A DNA stretch of 63,132 bases, filler included, from Atractiella rhizophila (Eukaryota), in NCBI GenBank assembly GCA_021432655.1. It is 4 parts of 4 records of this genome, joined end to end, with 100 filler letters (N's around TTAATTAATTAA, not from the genome) between each part and the next. Parts side by side here need not be neighbours in the genome. Positions count along the whole stretch, not along the records: positions 36,333 to 54,388 come from MU271865.1; 3 more parts are not named here. One strand, 5' to 3'. The notes beneath the pieces were generated by a model, which made no database searches, was not told the origin of the DNA, and worked only from the letters and a program-made list of their open reading frames with translations. The position numbers and the translations under genes were made by a program. Position 1 is the first letter of the stretch, and each line of letters opens with the position of its first letter. Positions 38,013 through 50,754 of the stretch are shown here, piece by piece.

Positions 38013-39248
38013 ATGATGGATTCGAAACCATGCACGCCAATTGTGTTTTTAGATGGTGGCCTGGTAGGAAGATTCCTTTTCAATGTTGCAGCGTATTAGA
38101 TCGATTTCATAGGGGACAACCCTACAAGATCTCCACGATGTTGACCTTTCGACTGCAGCTCCGACTTCGACTGCCCACCTCTGGTCCTCCGCTCTTCTCC
38201 TTAGCGGCGAAGGCACAAAAAAACTCAGACAAGCTCACGCCAGCTTTGTTCAAGCCGGTAGCGATGTGATTGAAACATCTACGTGAGCTCGCAGCTCCTC
38301 CCAACAACGATTGTTATTGATACTACGCATAGGTACCCGCTATCTATCCCTTCCTTACATTGTCTCCAATCTTCGGAAGCGGCGAAGGAGACTTTAAGAC
38401 TTGGAGTCACTGTTACACTCGACGCAATCGAAAGTGGCGAGTTGGATAAGGCGCCGAAGGTTGCGCTGTCCCTTGGGTCTCTCGGTGCTCTCTTGGTCCC
38501 AGGTGCAGAGTATTCGGGTCTTTACCCACAGCCTTACGGTCCCTCTCTACCCCAAGGGAATCCGCATGGATTCCCTTCCGGCACAGAGAAAGCCTTCAAA
38601 GATGCTGCCCTCGTGGATCAAAGTGCTTTTGGTGACTGTTTAGATTCCAACGAGAGAGCGATGGCGAGTTTTCACTACTCGCGGCTGTCGGATTTCTACA
38701 TCTCTTCTACGAACATATGGGATCGGGTTTCCTATATCGCTTTCGAGACGGTGCCAACAGCTGTGGAAGCACAATCAATATGTCGTGCAGTCTACGCATT
38801 TTACGAACGCTTCCCTCAAGCCGCGAAGATGTGGTGGATCTCTTTCGTCTTTCCTCCAGACTCCATCAACAAACTAGACGAGAGTCTTATTAATCTTACC
38901 AAGTTTCTCTTCACATCGAAATATCCACCATGGGGCATAGGCCTCAATTGCACACATCTTTCCCGAGTACCAGCTCTTCTTTCGCGCTTAGGGGAAGCGA
39001 TGGCCAACCTAACTCTGTCAAAGGAGGAGCGCCCGTTTCTGGTGCTTTATCCAGATGGAGGTGCTGTTTATGATGTTGTGCAGAAGAAATGGGACTCGGA
39101 TCCTGATGAGCCGAAAGTTTGGGCGAAGAAAATGGAAGAGATCGTCAACATCGAAGTTGCCAAAGAGTATTGGGGAGGGATTGCGGTTGGTGGATGCTGT
39201 AAGACAGGTCCTAGTCATATCAAAGAATTGAAAAGACTCTTTTCTTAA
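38013..39248 (+). CDS. Homocysteine S-methyltransferase (Sam4/Mht1/MmuM family)
   Basis: FLDGGL, LWSSALL, AHASFVQAGSDVIETST, SLGSLGA..GAEYSG, IAFETVP, GIGLNC, LYPDGG, VGGCCKTGP (Zn ligands). Confidence 0.92.
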
Positions 39249-39504
39249 CATTTCATGGAACATTCATTCCTTCATATTTTGGGAAAGGAGCAGTCACGTG
39301 CTGCCAGCGCGTCCCGCCGGCGGGCGGCTTACGGAACCGACGATGACATAACCTCAACTTGGGACAGAACAACGACGACTCTTAACGCTGCTCTTAACGA
39401 CCTTCTTACGACTTACTGCCCGCTCGTCATTAGACGAGCTAATACCCTACTCTTTGCCATAATATAATCCCCTCTTATAGTTCCTACCTAATTTAATACG
39501 AATA

Positions 39505-40426
39505 ATGTCTGACCCCGTCGCACTCGCTGAGAGTCTCGCTGCGCTCGAAGGACGCCGACATGTAGGTGTTCCGGACATCAGAATCATCTCTCCAACGAAG
39601 GAGAGGAAGAAGAAGACGTCGAGGGATTTGCCTCTCTCCCCAGAGCAACAATCTGTGAGTTTATTGTGCCTTACATAAACGAGAGAAGTCTTATGTTCTT
39701 CTGCAGGAATGGGATGTCATTGCTGGAGCAGGTAACTGCATCGGATTTGAAGAATTCAAGAAGGCTTTCGAAATTCCTGAACTTGCTGCACTCGGAAGTC
39801 CCCCAGGAAGCCCCGTGAAGGCGAGGAAAAGTAGAGCCATCGTTCAGAAAGCACAAGAGAAGGAGAATATCGAGCCGCTGAAGCGAGATTATAATTCCCC
39901 GAGCGTCGGCCGTAGGAGTACTGGACGTGCGTTTTGCCTCTTTAGCTCTATCAACTGGAATTCTGATTTGGTTGAACTGCTGCAGTCGAATATTCCAAGG
40001 GCAAGGAAGGTGACGGAATTTCTGGTTTTGCGAAGGTCTCCATCAAAGGCACGGAGAAGAATGATGGTCAGTGTCCTCTCTTTTCTGTCCAAGCACAAGT
40101 CTGAGGCGATTGTGGACAGTAGCGACGGATATCGATGAAAGACATCAGCACAGTTTTCAACCCAAACCATTAATACTCTGTGAGAAGCAGAAGAATATTA
40201 TCCCCCTCTTGGGAGAGATCGCAGACGGTCAGTTGTGTTCCTTTTCTTCTTTTCAGCGGAGCTGATTTAATTTCCGTAAGATTATGACCCCTTCGATTTG
40301 GACTATCTTGACGACGACGAAGATCCAGCTCCGCCAGCAGAGTTCTGTTCGCGCTTTCTTTTTCCCTTGCCTTCTCTGACTAATTTTGAATTTTTTTTTT
40401 AGCTATGGCAGCGAGCAACTCGCTTG
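39505..40426 (+). CDS. Small disordered protein with KEN box and SP sites
   Basis: Six exons with canonical splice sites; contains QEKENIEP, ISPTK, GSPVK and an acidic C-terminus. Confidence 0.55.
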
Positions 40427-41043
40427 AGAGGATCGCTGCCCTCATGGAGGCTCTTACATCTGAACCGGAGACGCAAGCGGAACTCCAGGCAAGATACGCC
40501 AGAGGTGGAAGCTCAGCAAGCTCCTCGTCTATCGCCTTCTAGCTAGGGCGGTAAGTCCATTCTTGCGATTCTTTTACTGAAGATAGCTGATCGATGGTCC
40601 CTCCTGAAGGCATTTCTACATACTATCGGACTCAAATTGTTCCGTTCAGCAAGTCACCGATCGTGTCTTTTGCCGCCATCTCTCAACTCGAGTTGGACGA
40701 CCAAAAAGACTAAAGAATCTCAGTACACTCAGTTATCATTATTAAAACCCAAGATATGTTATGATTATGAATCAGTAAAGGGAAATGGATATGTATCTTC
40801 ACCTTGTGCCTCGTCAAGTTCCCTGAGTCATTTGCTGTCCATATTTGTCACAAGTTTGCCCGAAGCGGTAGAAACCGGCCACCTTTCTCCTTACGGCATC
40901 TGAAATCGGGTAAGCTCGGATACCCCACATTTCAACATCTACAACACTTCCGGCCTTTACGACCTCATAAAGACTCCTTCCTATCCTCCCATAAATCACA
41001 CGATCGATTCACCACGGGAACTCACTGCAAACGATACCTCAAC

Positions 41044-43466
41044 ATGTCCAACTTTGTCAAGCAAGAAGACGAGACCTTCAGACGCGAAGTCGCTGAGGTA
41101 GAGGTCGGTTTCCCGCTCTCCTTCACTCTTTAATCTGATGGTGACAATTGGACTGCAGAAATGGTTCAACTCGCCCAGATTTTCCAAGCTCCGAAAGAGA
41201 CCGTACTCAGCAGCTGATGTCGTCTCGAAGCGAGGTACGATTCGCCAAACTTACCCTTCCAACGTCATGGGGCAGAAGCTCTATGAGCTCCTCTCAAAAC
41301 GAGCTCAGGAGGGAACACCGTCCATCACTTACGGCGCACTGGACCCGGTGCAGATCACACAGATGGCAAAATTCCTTGAAACCGTCTATGTTTCTGGCTG
41401 GCAAAGTAGTTCAACGGCGAGCAGCACAAATGAGCCTGGTCCGGATCTGGCTGGTGAGTTTTCCATTGGTAAAAGGGGTCAGAGAGGGGGGGGAGCACAA
41501 ATCTTTTGAAGCGCGAAAATTAGTTTGCGCCCCGCAAGTGTCTCTTGTTGCACTTTGCTGCGAGAGTCCAGCACCTGCGTGACAGGTAGTCAGCGTTCTT
41601 CTGTGCTCGCCTTGACCTTTATGTTCTGAACCTGATGAGTACGGAGCTGTGCGATTTCGTGTTGGGAGAATCCTGATCTGTGTGCATTCGAAAGCCAGAG
41701 TTCGTTCTGTAATTGCTGAAGCTTTTATGATGGAAATACCGCTTGTTCCTCTGGACAATCGCATGATACACCTTTCAACGCGGTTCATGGACCTATAGAT
41801 TCTTCCTACATTTAAAATGATCTCAATTCTACACTCTACTTGACGATCGGTAGAGATGTACTCGAGGTGGACAACATATCCGCGTGTCAACAATGTCGTC
41901 TAAGCTTTCTCAGCGGCAGAGACCTCCAAAAGCGTATCCATAATGTCGAGGACAATAACATTGACATGCTTTGAACGTGTAGATTACCCCTACAACACCG
42001 TTCCTAATAAAGTCGAGCATCTCTTCATGGCACAACTCTTCCACGACCGGAAACAACGAGAAGATCGTGTCTCAATCCCCGCCGCCGAACGATCGAAAGT
42101 TCCGTACGTCGACTACCTTCGTCCCATCATCGCAGACGCCGATACAGGACATGGAGGTTTGACTGCGACCATGAAATTGACAAAGCTCTTCGTTGAGAAG
42201 GGAGCCGCTGGAATTCACATTGAAGACCAAGCTCCGGGAACAAAGAAATGCGGGCATATGGCTGGCAAAGTGCTTGTTCCTATCAGCGAGCATATCAATC
42301 GCCTGGTCGCCATTCGGTACCAATACGATATCATGGGCGTCGAGAATATCATTGTCGCTCGAACAGATGCTGAGGCTGCTACCCTCCTCACAACCAACGT
42401 TGATGAAAGGGATCATGCTTTCATTCTCGGAAGCACGAATGCTGAGCTTCCCTCGCTCGTGGAAGTGATGCACAAGGCGGAATCGAAGGGCCTCAACGGT
42501 GCAGAGCTGCAGAACGTAGAGGATGAATGGACGGCGAAGGCTGGATTGTGCTTGTTTGGAGAGGCGGTGAAGAAGGCATTGGAGAAGAAGGGAGTGAGTG
42601 CGAGCAAAATCAAAGAGTTTGAGAAGAAGACGGAGCACGCATCGCACGACGAGACTAGGAATATTGCGAAGAGTCTCGGTGTTGAAGTGTACTGGAACTG
42701 GGACAAGCCCAGGACGAGGGAGGGTTATTACCGCTACCAAGGTGGAACACAATGTGCCATCAACCGCGCTGTTGCTTTCGTACGTTCTTGCCTTCCCTAC
42801 TTCCTTATTTTCTAAGTTTGCCCGTATTGTAGGGACCCTTTTGCGACCTTGTATGGATGGAAACCAAGTCCCCCATCCTCGCTCAAGCGGAGGAGTTCAG
42901 CAAGGGTGTCAAAGCAGCGCTCCCTCACCAGTGGTTGGCTTACAACCTGTCGCCTTCTTTCAACTGGGATTCAGCAGGACTAAACGAGACAGACATGAAG
43001 GAATTCGTCTGGAAACTCGGGAAGCTCGGATTTGTTTGGCAATTCATCACCGTGCGTTCTTTCCCATCCCTGCCCAATTCGTACTGATATAAATCTTGGC
43101 TACCAGCTCGGAGGTCTTCACTCGAACGCTTATATCACCGCTCTCTTCGCTGAGGCGTTTGCGAAAGAAGGAATGAAGGCTTATGTTGAGCTGATACAGC
43201 GGAAAGAAAGAGAGATTGGCTGTGACGTCCTCACTCATCAGAAGGTAGGTTTGTCACCTTTTCCAGAGCTTCCAGTGCTGATATTTCTATTGAACGACAG
43301 TGGTCGGGTGCTGAATATGTCGACAATCTCCTGAAAACCGTTACTGGTGGTATCAGCAGCACAGCGGCTATGGGTAAAGGGTCAGTGTTACCTTCTCTAG
43401 TCCACTTGTATCTTTATTAACATAACGTGCAGCGTCACGGAAAGTCAGTTTGGCTCCAAGCTGTGA
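41044..43466 (+). CDS. ICL1: Isocitrate lyase, peroxisomal (PTS1 SKL)
   Basis: [57 protein letters not shown]-terminus [11 protein letters not shown]. 529-nt intron at 41454-41982. Confidence 0.97.
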
Positions 43467-43697
43467 ACCAGCTCGTACGACATCCGAGCTTTTGTACCAG
43501 TAGCATGATGAATTGACAATGTCGATTGTATTCACTCTAAATGACCTGATATCTTGCCTCGAGTAGAGTAGGCAAAAAAGGAAAAGATGACGGTAGCCAT
43601 CTAAGAGCCGGTACTCAGTGAGTAACGTGCGAGCGCAGTTTACTTCATTGAGACTGGCATACTTTCTCGAAACAGCGTTTGTCAAAAAACAAAAAAA

Positions 43698-43777
43698 GGG
43701 GAGAGCCGGGATTTGAACCCGGGGCCTCTCGCAAGTCGTTATCCGAAGCGAGAATCATACGACTAGACCACACTCCC
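43698..43777 (-). tRNA. tRNA-Pro(CGG) with ~9-nt intron
   Basis: GGGAGTG TG GTCTAGTCGTATGATT CTCGC TT CGG A[intron]T GCGAG AGGCC CCGGG TTCAAAT CCCGG CTCTCCC C, followed by an oligo-T Pol III terminator. Confidence 0.9.
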
Positions 43778-44094
43778 TGAACTATTCAGCACAAGTACTC
43801 AGTACCAATATCAACAGGTTTTCTAGAAATGTGACTGCACAGGAACCAACAATTAATCTCAATCTCACTCAATAGCCAAACCTCCCTTCGACCAGTCCAA
43901 ATATTTCTACAACATAAAGACGATGATAATTCATTGCTGCATCTTGTTGAATCTAGAGACATCGTGACAACTTCTGCGACACTTCACTTCATTCGAAAGA
44001 AAACGGGCGGGTTGAGACGAGACGAGAAAATCATCAGACAGGGTGTACAGAGACCTACTTTTGCAATTGAAAACATGTTTCTCCTTCATTTTGA

Positions 44095-46402
44095 TCAGAT
44101 ATCAGTTGCCCCAACTCCACCAGATGCAGTGTCGGTAGCAGGATCATTTGGTCGATAGTAAACGGTGGTGTAATACTGTTCAACGATGTCACGATGTCAA
44201 ATCGCCTTGCGAAGATCGGAAGAGAGTCTTACCTTCTTCCTAAACCTTGTGGTAATTGCTAAACCACTAAATCCCATCCTCATCGTCTGAGGGGAAAGCA
44301 TCAAGTGATTGAGGACCGAATGATAAGGCGCGGGCAAGATGCTGGTGTCGTCTCCAGCACCAAGACCAGCCTCACGCCCCAAGCCTTTCGCTTCAGCCGC
44401 CTCCCTCTCCTTCCGCGCTCTGTTCAAGATCGCCGATATATTTTTGAGACTAGCTGGGAGGGCAGGAGGCCTTAACTCGTCCCATGGATTCTTTTGATCT
44501 GGAACGCCAGAAGCTAGCTTGATCCTCTCCTCCTCCTCGTACTTCGCCAATTCACGTGGAACCTCCTCGTTTGTCCACAAAGAGTCGTCAACAACGATCC
44601 GCTGCTCAAACGCTGGTCCCTGACCAAGTGGGACCTTCGAAAATGCGCCAGGTTTTGCAAGGCCCATCCCAGGGACGTAAGGAAGCACGGGAACCCGCTT
44701 GACATTTACATAGTTGACGAAGTTACCCTCGCGGTCAGTAGTTGAAGGTAAGAAGCGGGAAGTCTTCCACTCTTGATCCACGATGAACTTGAGCTTGTTA
44801 GGTCCCGGTGGGAGTTTCACGAGCGCCGAAAAGTTGTCCTTTCTATTATCATATTTTAACTTCTGAGAAGTTAGAGTGCAGGACAGTGGAGACGCACGAG
44901 TGATTTTTCCTCAATTCGATTTTCGTCTTCCATCCTTTCGCAAAACTACCCGTAACGTAAACTTTCCCCTTTTCAGCCTCCTTAGCCTCCACTTCATTTC
45001 CTTTAGCCTTCTCGCTCTCCCCTCCGCCATCCTTCCAGACAATCATGGTAGTTATTCCGTCAGGACCAGCTCCCAAGTCGACGGTATGGTCCGCAATAAT
45101 GGCAGCCTGAGTTGGACTAGCAACAGTAGCGAGCGGAAGAGCGGTGGCGACGCTATCGGCGATGGCGAGAAGAGGAGCAGTTTGTGGATACCTACTTGTT
45201 GGAATGGGGCTTTGGAGGGTGGCATGTGGTACCGCGGGGAGTGGATCGTCCGGAGGGAGAGGAACGGTTGAAAGAGCTTGAATGACGTCGGTGTGCGTGA
45301 TATCGAGTCCTTTAACATCTATCTTGTCGTCAACAATGGGCTCCTCTAGCGTAGCTTTCACTGCTTCCTCTCTGGCGCGCTCACTCTCTTGAGCTACTTC
45401 CAGCTCCAGCCCCTCGCCACCTTTTCCACCAAGCAAAACCACTTTGCCCAACTCCCGAAGTTCAAGAGGAGGAACGGCCTTTGCGATCACAGTTTCTTCA
45501 GGGAGATGGTTGAGTGGGATAGTCGGCGTTCCTTTGTCCACATGTTCTAGCGTCATCGGGGTTGAGGGGAGGGGAAACGGGGTGAGGAGAGGAGGCGAGC
45601 TGGGCATCACGATAGAGATAGAGGTATTAGGAGTTGACGGAGGAGGTAGGGCAGGAGGCAGAGAAAGACCGATTGGAAGGGAATCAACGAGCAGTCTTGC
45701 GCTTTCCTGGTCATCCATCGCACCAAGAGGGATGTTACCAAGTCCTTTCAGTGGAGTGGAGGGGTTTGAGGATGGTTGGAGCACATTTATCGTGCTCTTC
45801 AATGGTCGAATCGAAGAAGTTAGTGCTTCCTCCTCGAGTTCTCCGTCCTTTCTCGCTGCTGACAGATCGTCTGCAATCTCTGCGTCCTCATTCGGCTTCC
45901 TCTCGCTGAACTGTTCTGGAACCACAGGAGCTACGACGGGCGTGAGATCGCTCTCTGAAGCTAGTTGGAAGGTTGGAATCCGAGGAGAGAGCGGGCTGAG
46001 AGGTTTGGGGGACAACGTGGGCTTCGTGGGTGAAGGAGTAGTAGGTCCAGATTCTCTGCCCATGATAGGATTTCTCCAACCTCTGTCATCTTTCTCCTTC
46101 CCTTCTGCTTTAGAAGTTTTCCCCTTCTTGCTCAAGCTCGCATACACCCCATCGCCTTCGAACCTCCGACTACTCTTACCGACAGCCGACACGCCCGTCA
46201 CTCCTTGTTTCGGAAGGCTTGGGGAAATGGGGATCACTGGTGACCCTTGATTACTTGAGGCGCCCTGAGCGGAAGGATCGAAGTCGAGCGCAAGCTTGGA
46301 ACGACGTGACGAAGTTGATCGAGTGGCCGAAGAATCGTCATAAGGTCCACCCAAGCCGGGAGCATGGCCGTTCTTCTTCTCCTTCGACGGATTGTTCCCC
46401 AT
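44095..46402 (-). CDS. AMPK/Snf1 beta subunit (Sip2/Gal83-like)
   Basis: Myristoylation-type start MGNNPS; CBM48 domain VYVTGSF..W..L, LPPGPNKLKFIVDQEW..GNFVNYV; ASC domain DDTSILPAPYHSVLNHL..TTRFRKKYYTTVYY. Confidence 0.9.
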
Positions 46403-46909
46403 TTCCCCAGGTACCTGCTCTCAACTAAGAGAAGTGAGGGTGTTAGTGCTTCTTCTTAGATTGTGGGACCGAAATCTCAAAGGGTTCAACGAACAAGTGT
46501 GTCAGCTAACCTCTTGAAACGGTACACAGCCTTGCAGGTATATTGAAGGTCTAAGCTGAGAACAACAGGGTAGGGTCAGGAGAAATTGAGACACCTCGTT
46601 AAGCAAACTGAAGTCTCGACAGCACGGTGCTCTCCGATAAGTCGCACAACCCAACCACAAAATCATTTGCAAGCGGGAGGGACGCACCAATTAGATAAAT
46701 CAGACTCTCTCAGTATGTTGTATGTTGCACACCTCCAGCGGCAGCTCACAGATCCTAATGATCCTCCCCAACAGATCGCTTTCAGAAGCTGGGCCAGAAC
46801 TGACAATGATCGAACGTGGAGTTGAGTCATCTCTGTTTCAAATACTACCACACAATACAGTAAATTCTAGTCCATTCATATTACATGAATCCAATAAATC
46901 GCGAGTACA

Positions 46910-49900
46910 TTAGAACATAGGGAAAGGATTCCAGTTTGCAGTTTGCGCTCCATTCTGGTACGCACCAATTGCTGGAGTCGGTACACCCATAATATCGCTC
47001 CACGAGCTGGCTTGGTTATTTGGGTTTTGATTGGCAGGCAAAAGGCCCTTCGCAGGGCGTCAACATCGTAGAAGTCACAGAAGAGGATAAGTGGAACTTA
47101 CAAGACTTTGGAGGAGCGCCAGATTTTGTTCGCTCAATTGCTGCTGAGAGTTTCCAGCTGTGTTGAATTGGGACTGTTGTGAAATATCGTTTTGTTTCGA
47201 TATCGGTCGTGGCACAGCTCCCATACTGCTTGAGGGGGAACTGGATTTATTTACGCGGGTGTTCTGTTCGTCGCGATCCTGGACATCGATCGCCAGCTCT
47301 CTAACGACTTCCTGGAAGCTTTTCACAGATTTCCCATCAGCCTTCGCGTCCATTCGACGCCTAATCGGTCATACAGTCAACTCGCTTCACAAAATATAAG
47401 GTGAACACTTGCCGAGCTGCAACAGCAAGATGCTCCAACAAATCCGCGCTCCGTCTCACAACTGGTAAAGCGGAACCAGAAGGAGAACACCCGGAAGCTT
47501 TGTAATTTGTTAGGCTCTCGTCCAGTGCCCGCAACTGGTCCTCGATTTCTGAAGCCGGCGCGCCAGTGTCAATCATATGAAAGGTGTCTTGATAAAGAGT
47601 CATCAAGGCCGTCAACAACTGGTGGTGGGTGAACCATAGATAACGGACTGGGCTCTCGCGAAATTCTGAATGAGAAGCAACGATGACCCTTGCGCACCTA
47701 CAAAGGAACTGTTAGGAAAGTATAGATGACGAATTAATAAAGAAATTTGCTTTAGTGCCGCCTAGATAAACATGGTGAAATTCAGGTTGCAGAAGCTACA
47801 ACAAGAAAACAGCGAACCTTGGTGGAATAGGCAAATAAAGGCTCATTGTATCCTCGTTGCATAAACGGCCGATGCAGGCGTAGGATCTTAGCTTCGTTAG
47901 TTAAAACTTGTTCTGTTTCTGGGACAATTGTTCATACCCTATGATTAACAGCTAATCGCCTTGTTAACCAAAAATATGTCCTAGATGCACAAAAAGCATA
48001 CCTCCATTAAGCAGATTTCTCTGCCAGCCAACCTCAGGCTTCTTCGTCTCCAGCTCCTTATTCGGTATGGTCATGCATTCAGGCAGAGTGTCAATCGCGT
48101 CTCTAAATCCTTTATCGAGTCGCACAACTGGTCGCAAAGTTAGAGACAATTTCGCTTCAAGGTCACGTACTCGTTTCGTAACCCAAGAACTCATCCTTGG
48201 CCTGCACTTCTTGCATGTGATGCAAGTGACGCATGATCTTTGAGCGGAAGATATCGATGGTGGCATCTGTGTAGGTATGCACTGGCTAAGAACCAATGAG
48301 ACGCTGTGACTGAACAGTTTGCAGGACGTACCTTTGGAGTGTTGATACTGTCTGGCGAGAGGTCGTCGTCGTCCAAATTAATTGGCAAATCTGTTGAAAA
48401 GTATCTTGGATCTATCATGAACGAAGTCGAATATTGCATATGATCCAAGGTGACCTTTTGGACCACAAGAATTAACGCTTCCGCCAAATCTCTCCAAGAG
48501 AATGCAAATGCTCACGAGACAGTTCCAACATCGTTTCGCCATTTCTCTAGCAAGTGTGTTTACCCCGATTGGATATGCAGGGTCGGGTGGAGGCATCGTA
48601 TGCGGGTCATCTCCCAGGTCATGTAGTCCAAGGGTTTGAGCTATCTCGGGAATGAGAACATTGTGCAAGAGGGTGGGATAAATGACCGCACCTATTCGAA
48701 TGCCAGATGAAAGCCAAATGAGATATCGGTGGCCATCCCTTCATCATCACGAATAAGCTTTTTACAGAGTTGTGGAAGTAAAAGGTACCTTTTCACGCCT
48801 CTGTCATTTTGGAGATACGGACCCTGTGTAGGGGAATCGACTCCATCAATGAGTATTAACATCTCTTAGAGACAAGAGCTTACATAAAGCAGAATTACTT
48901 GGATGGCCCTTATTCGCGGTACGCCCGTGTAGTCCCCTAGGCGCATCAGTCGTTGAGAAGCGTTGAACCTAGACAACAATGGGCCACCCTTTTCTCAATT
49001 GATTCTAAATCGAAGTGGCGGAATACACACCAGATTTTCGGATACAGCTTTACTTCTTCCGGATTCTGCTCCCCAAAAATATCCGGCACTTTCGCCCACA
49101 AAACGTGAGCGTCGAGAGGAAGACACAATATCTGCTCCCCAAAATTAGACACCTTTAAACCAACGAGGCATCATCAAACGGAGAGGATATGTACAGACCA
49201 TGCATAACATTGCCAGCCAAAGCGGATCCACATTTTTCAACACTTCTACCTCCCGCCCCCTCCCGTCCCTCATAGTGTTCCAAAAAACCTCATACTCCTC
49301 CAAAAATGTATTCTTGTGCATCGGCTGCAATGATTTTATCAAACACAAGTGCAGGCGGGACTCAAAAGTTTGCAAACACACCTTGAGATACCAATGCAGT
49401 ATCCTGAAGTACTCGAGAACAAGCCAATTGCATGCTTCCCTCTTAGGTACAACATTCCAAAACGAGCTCAAATCTCGTCTACCTGTTCGGCTTCGCTCCG
49501 AAGGGGGTCAATGTCGGTAATCTCGAATTCATGGTCGGGCGGCAGGAAGATGGTGCTCTTCTGAACAGGCACATTTGGATTTGATGACAGGGAAGGACTT
49601 GTCGCGGGCCGGAAGACTGTCATAGGGCTTTGGGGATGCGGCGATGAACGAAGTGCGGAGGAAAGCATGAGTTCTTCGACGTCTATTGACCCTTGTCGCC
49701 TCCCTCCTCCTGCCGCATTAACCCCAGATGAAGAAGATTGGTTTTGTGCCTGAGCAGGCCGACGGATGTTGGTTGCCGGGAAGAACTTGGTTTTGTACTC
49801 GGCTGCTGTTGTTGACTGGGGATAATTCGCGCTGAAAGAGTTCAGGATCGGTGCTGGGAGGCGAGAGAAAAGCTTTAATCATCCACAATCACTTTTCGTC

Positions 49901-50560
49901 ATCACTGATTGAGCAAAGGTGGCGCGCACATCTTCAAGTCTGTTGACACGGGCAACAACATCAAGGTGGTCCATCTGTAGTGCGAAGGGTTGCCTTTCCA
50001 GAAGGGAGCATGTCAACATTTTGCAGCACCGTTATGCAGGATGGCAGCGAGGCGGAAATGAATTACGCACGGAGAGGCTACCGCTCCATCATCCCATTGG
50101 CAGAGATGCATGACCCCTCTTTTCACACAGCTTTCGCACTGTAATTACCCAATTCAAGTCAACGGTACAGTCTCCAATGATACTACGAGGAAGAGGAAGA
50201 AGACGAGACGAACAGGACTTTTCCGGTCACACTTCACGACATATTCAAAGTCAGCTCTCCATAGAAACTGAAGATGAAGGGACAAACTTTGATCTTCCTA
50301 CGCTTGCATTCCGTACTGCCATCCTCTTCGTCAGTAAAAGGTGCTTGAAAGCATATAAGAACCAAAATACGACTCACCAGGACAGAGCTGGGCGTGCCCG
50401 TTTCTTCTTTCTGTGGTCATCATCTCCCACCTTGCGTTTCTGCATCGTTCCTCTGTCTCAACTGGGGATTGTCACTACCGCCAGCACCAGAGGCGGAAAC
50501 AAGGCCAGCGGATTGGCTGAGGTCGTCATTGCTTTGATTGCCGCCCAAATTATACTCCAT
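46910..50560 (-). CDS. Zn(II)2Cys6 transcription factor with fungal TF middle domain (paralog A)
   Basis: Spliced KKRARPALSCTECKRRKIKCDRKSPCESCVKRG..CQW; DPLWLA; AQTLGLHDLG; REMAKRCW; TDLPINLDDDDL. Confidence 0.88.
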
Positions 50561-50754
50561 CGCTTAGATTTGGCTTGCTGCCGGGACTTGCCAGTGGACG
50601 TTGACGGAGGGTGGATGTAGGCGGCTTCTCAGAATAACATTAACATTCGGGTGAATAACCCTGGCACAAGGTTCGGATCTTTGTAATGTTGGTTCCCCGA
50701 AAGTGACCACTTTTTGTTTTGGAAGTCAACCTACAAGTATCATTGGCAGCAGTC

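Noticed and set aside
39100..39120. CTGATGAGCCGAAA hammerhead-like core
   Set aside because: Inside the methyltransferase coding sequence (DPDEPK), with no room for stem II.
28069..40426. ECO1-REC8-securin three-gene cohesion cluster
   Set aside because: The KEN-box gene lies beyond an artificial linker and its identity is unproven.
41560..41680. TPP riboswitch suggested by GAACCUGAU
   Set aside because: Lacks the CUGAGA motif and the P4/P5 consensus.
41625..41730. Hammerhead ribozyme (CUGAUGA...CGAAA) in the ICL intron
   Set aside because: Stem II does not pair, stem I has no partner, and the best stem III partner gives a disallowed NUG cleavage triplet.
45444..46250. Long antisense ORFs (also 42072-42752, 7321-7860)
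   Set aside because: Shadows of real genes or low-complexity UTR; no motifs.
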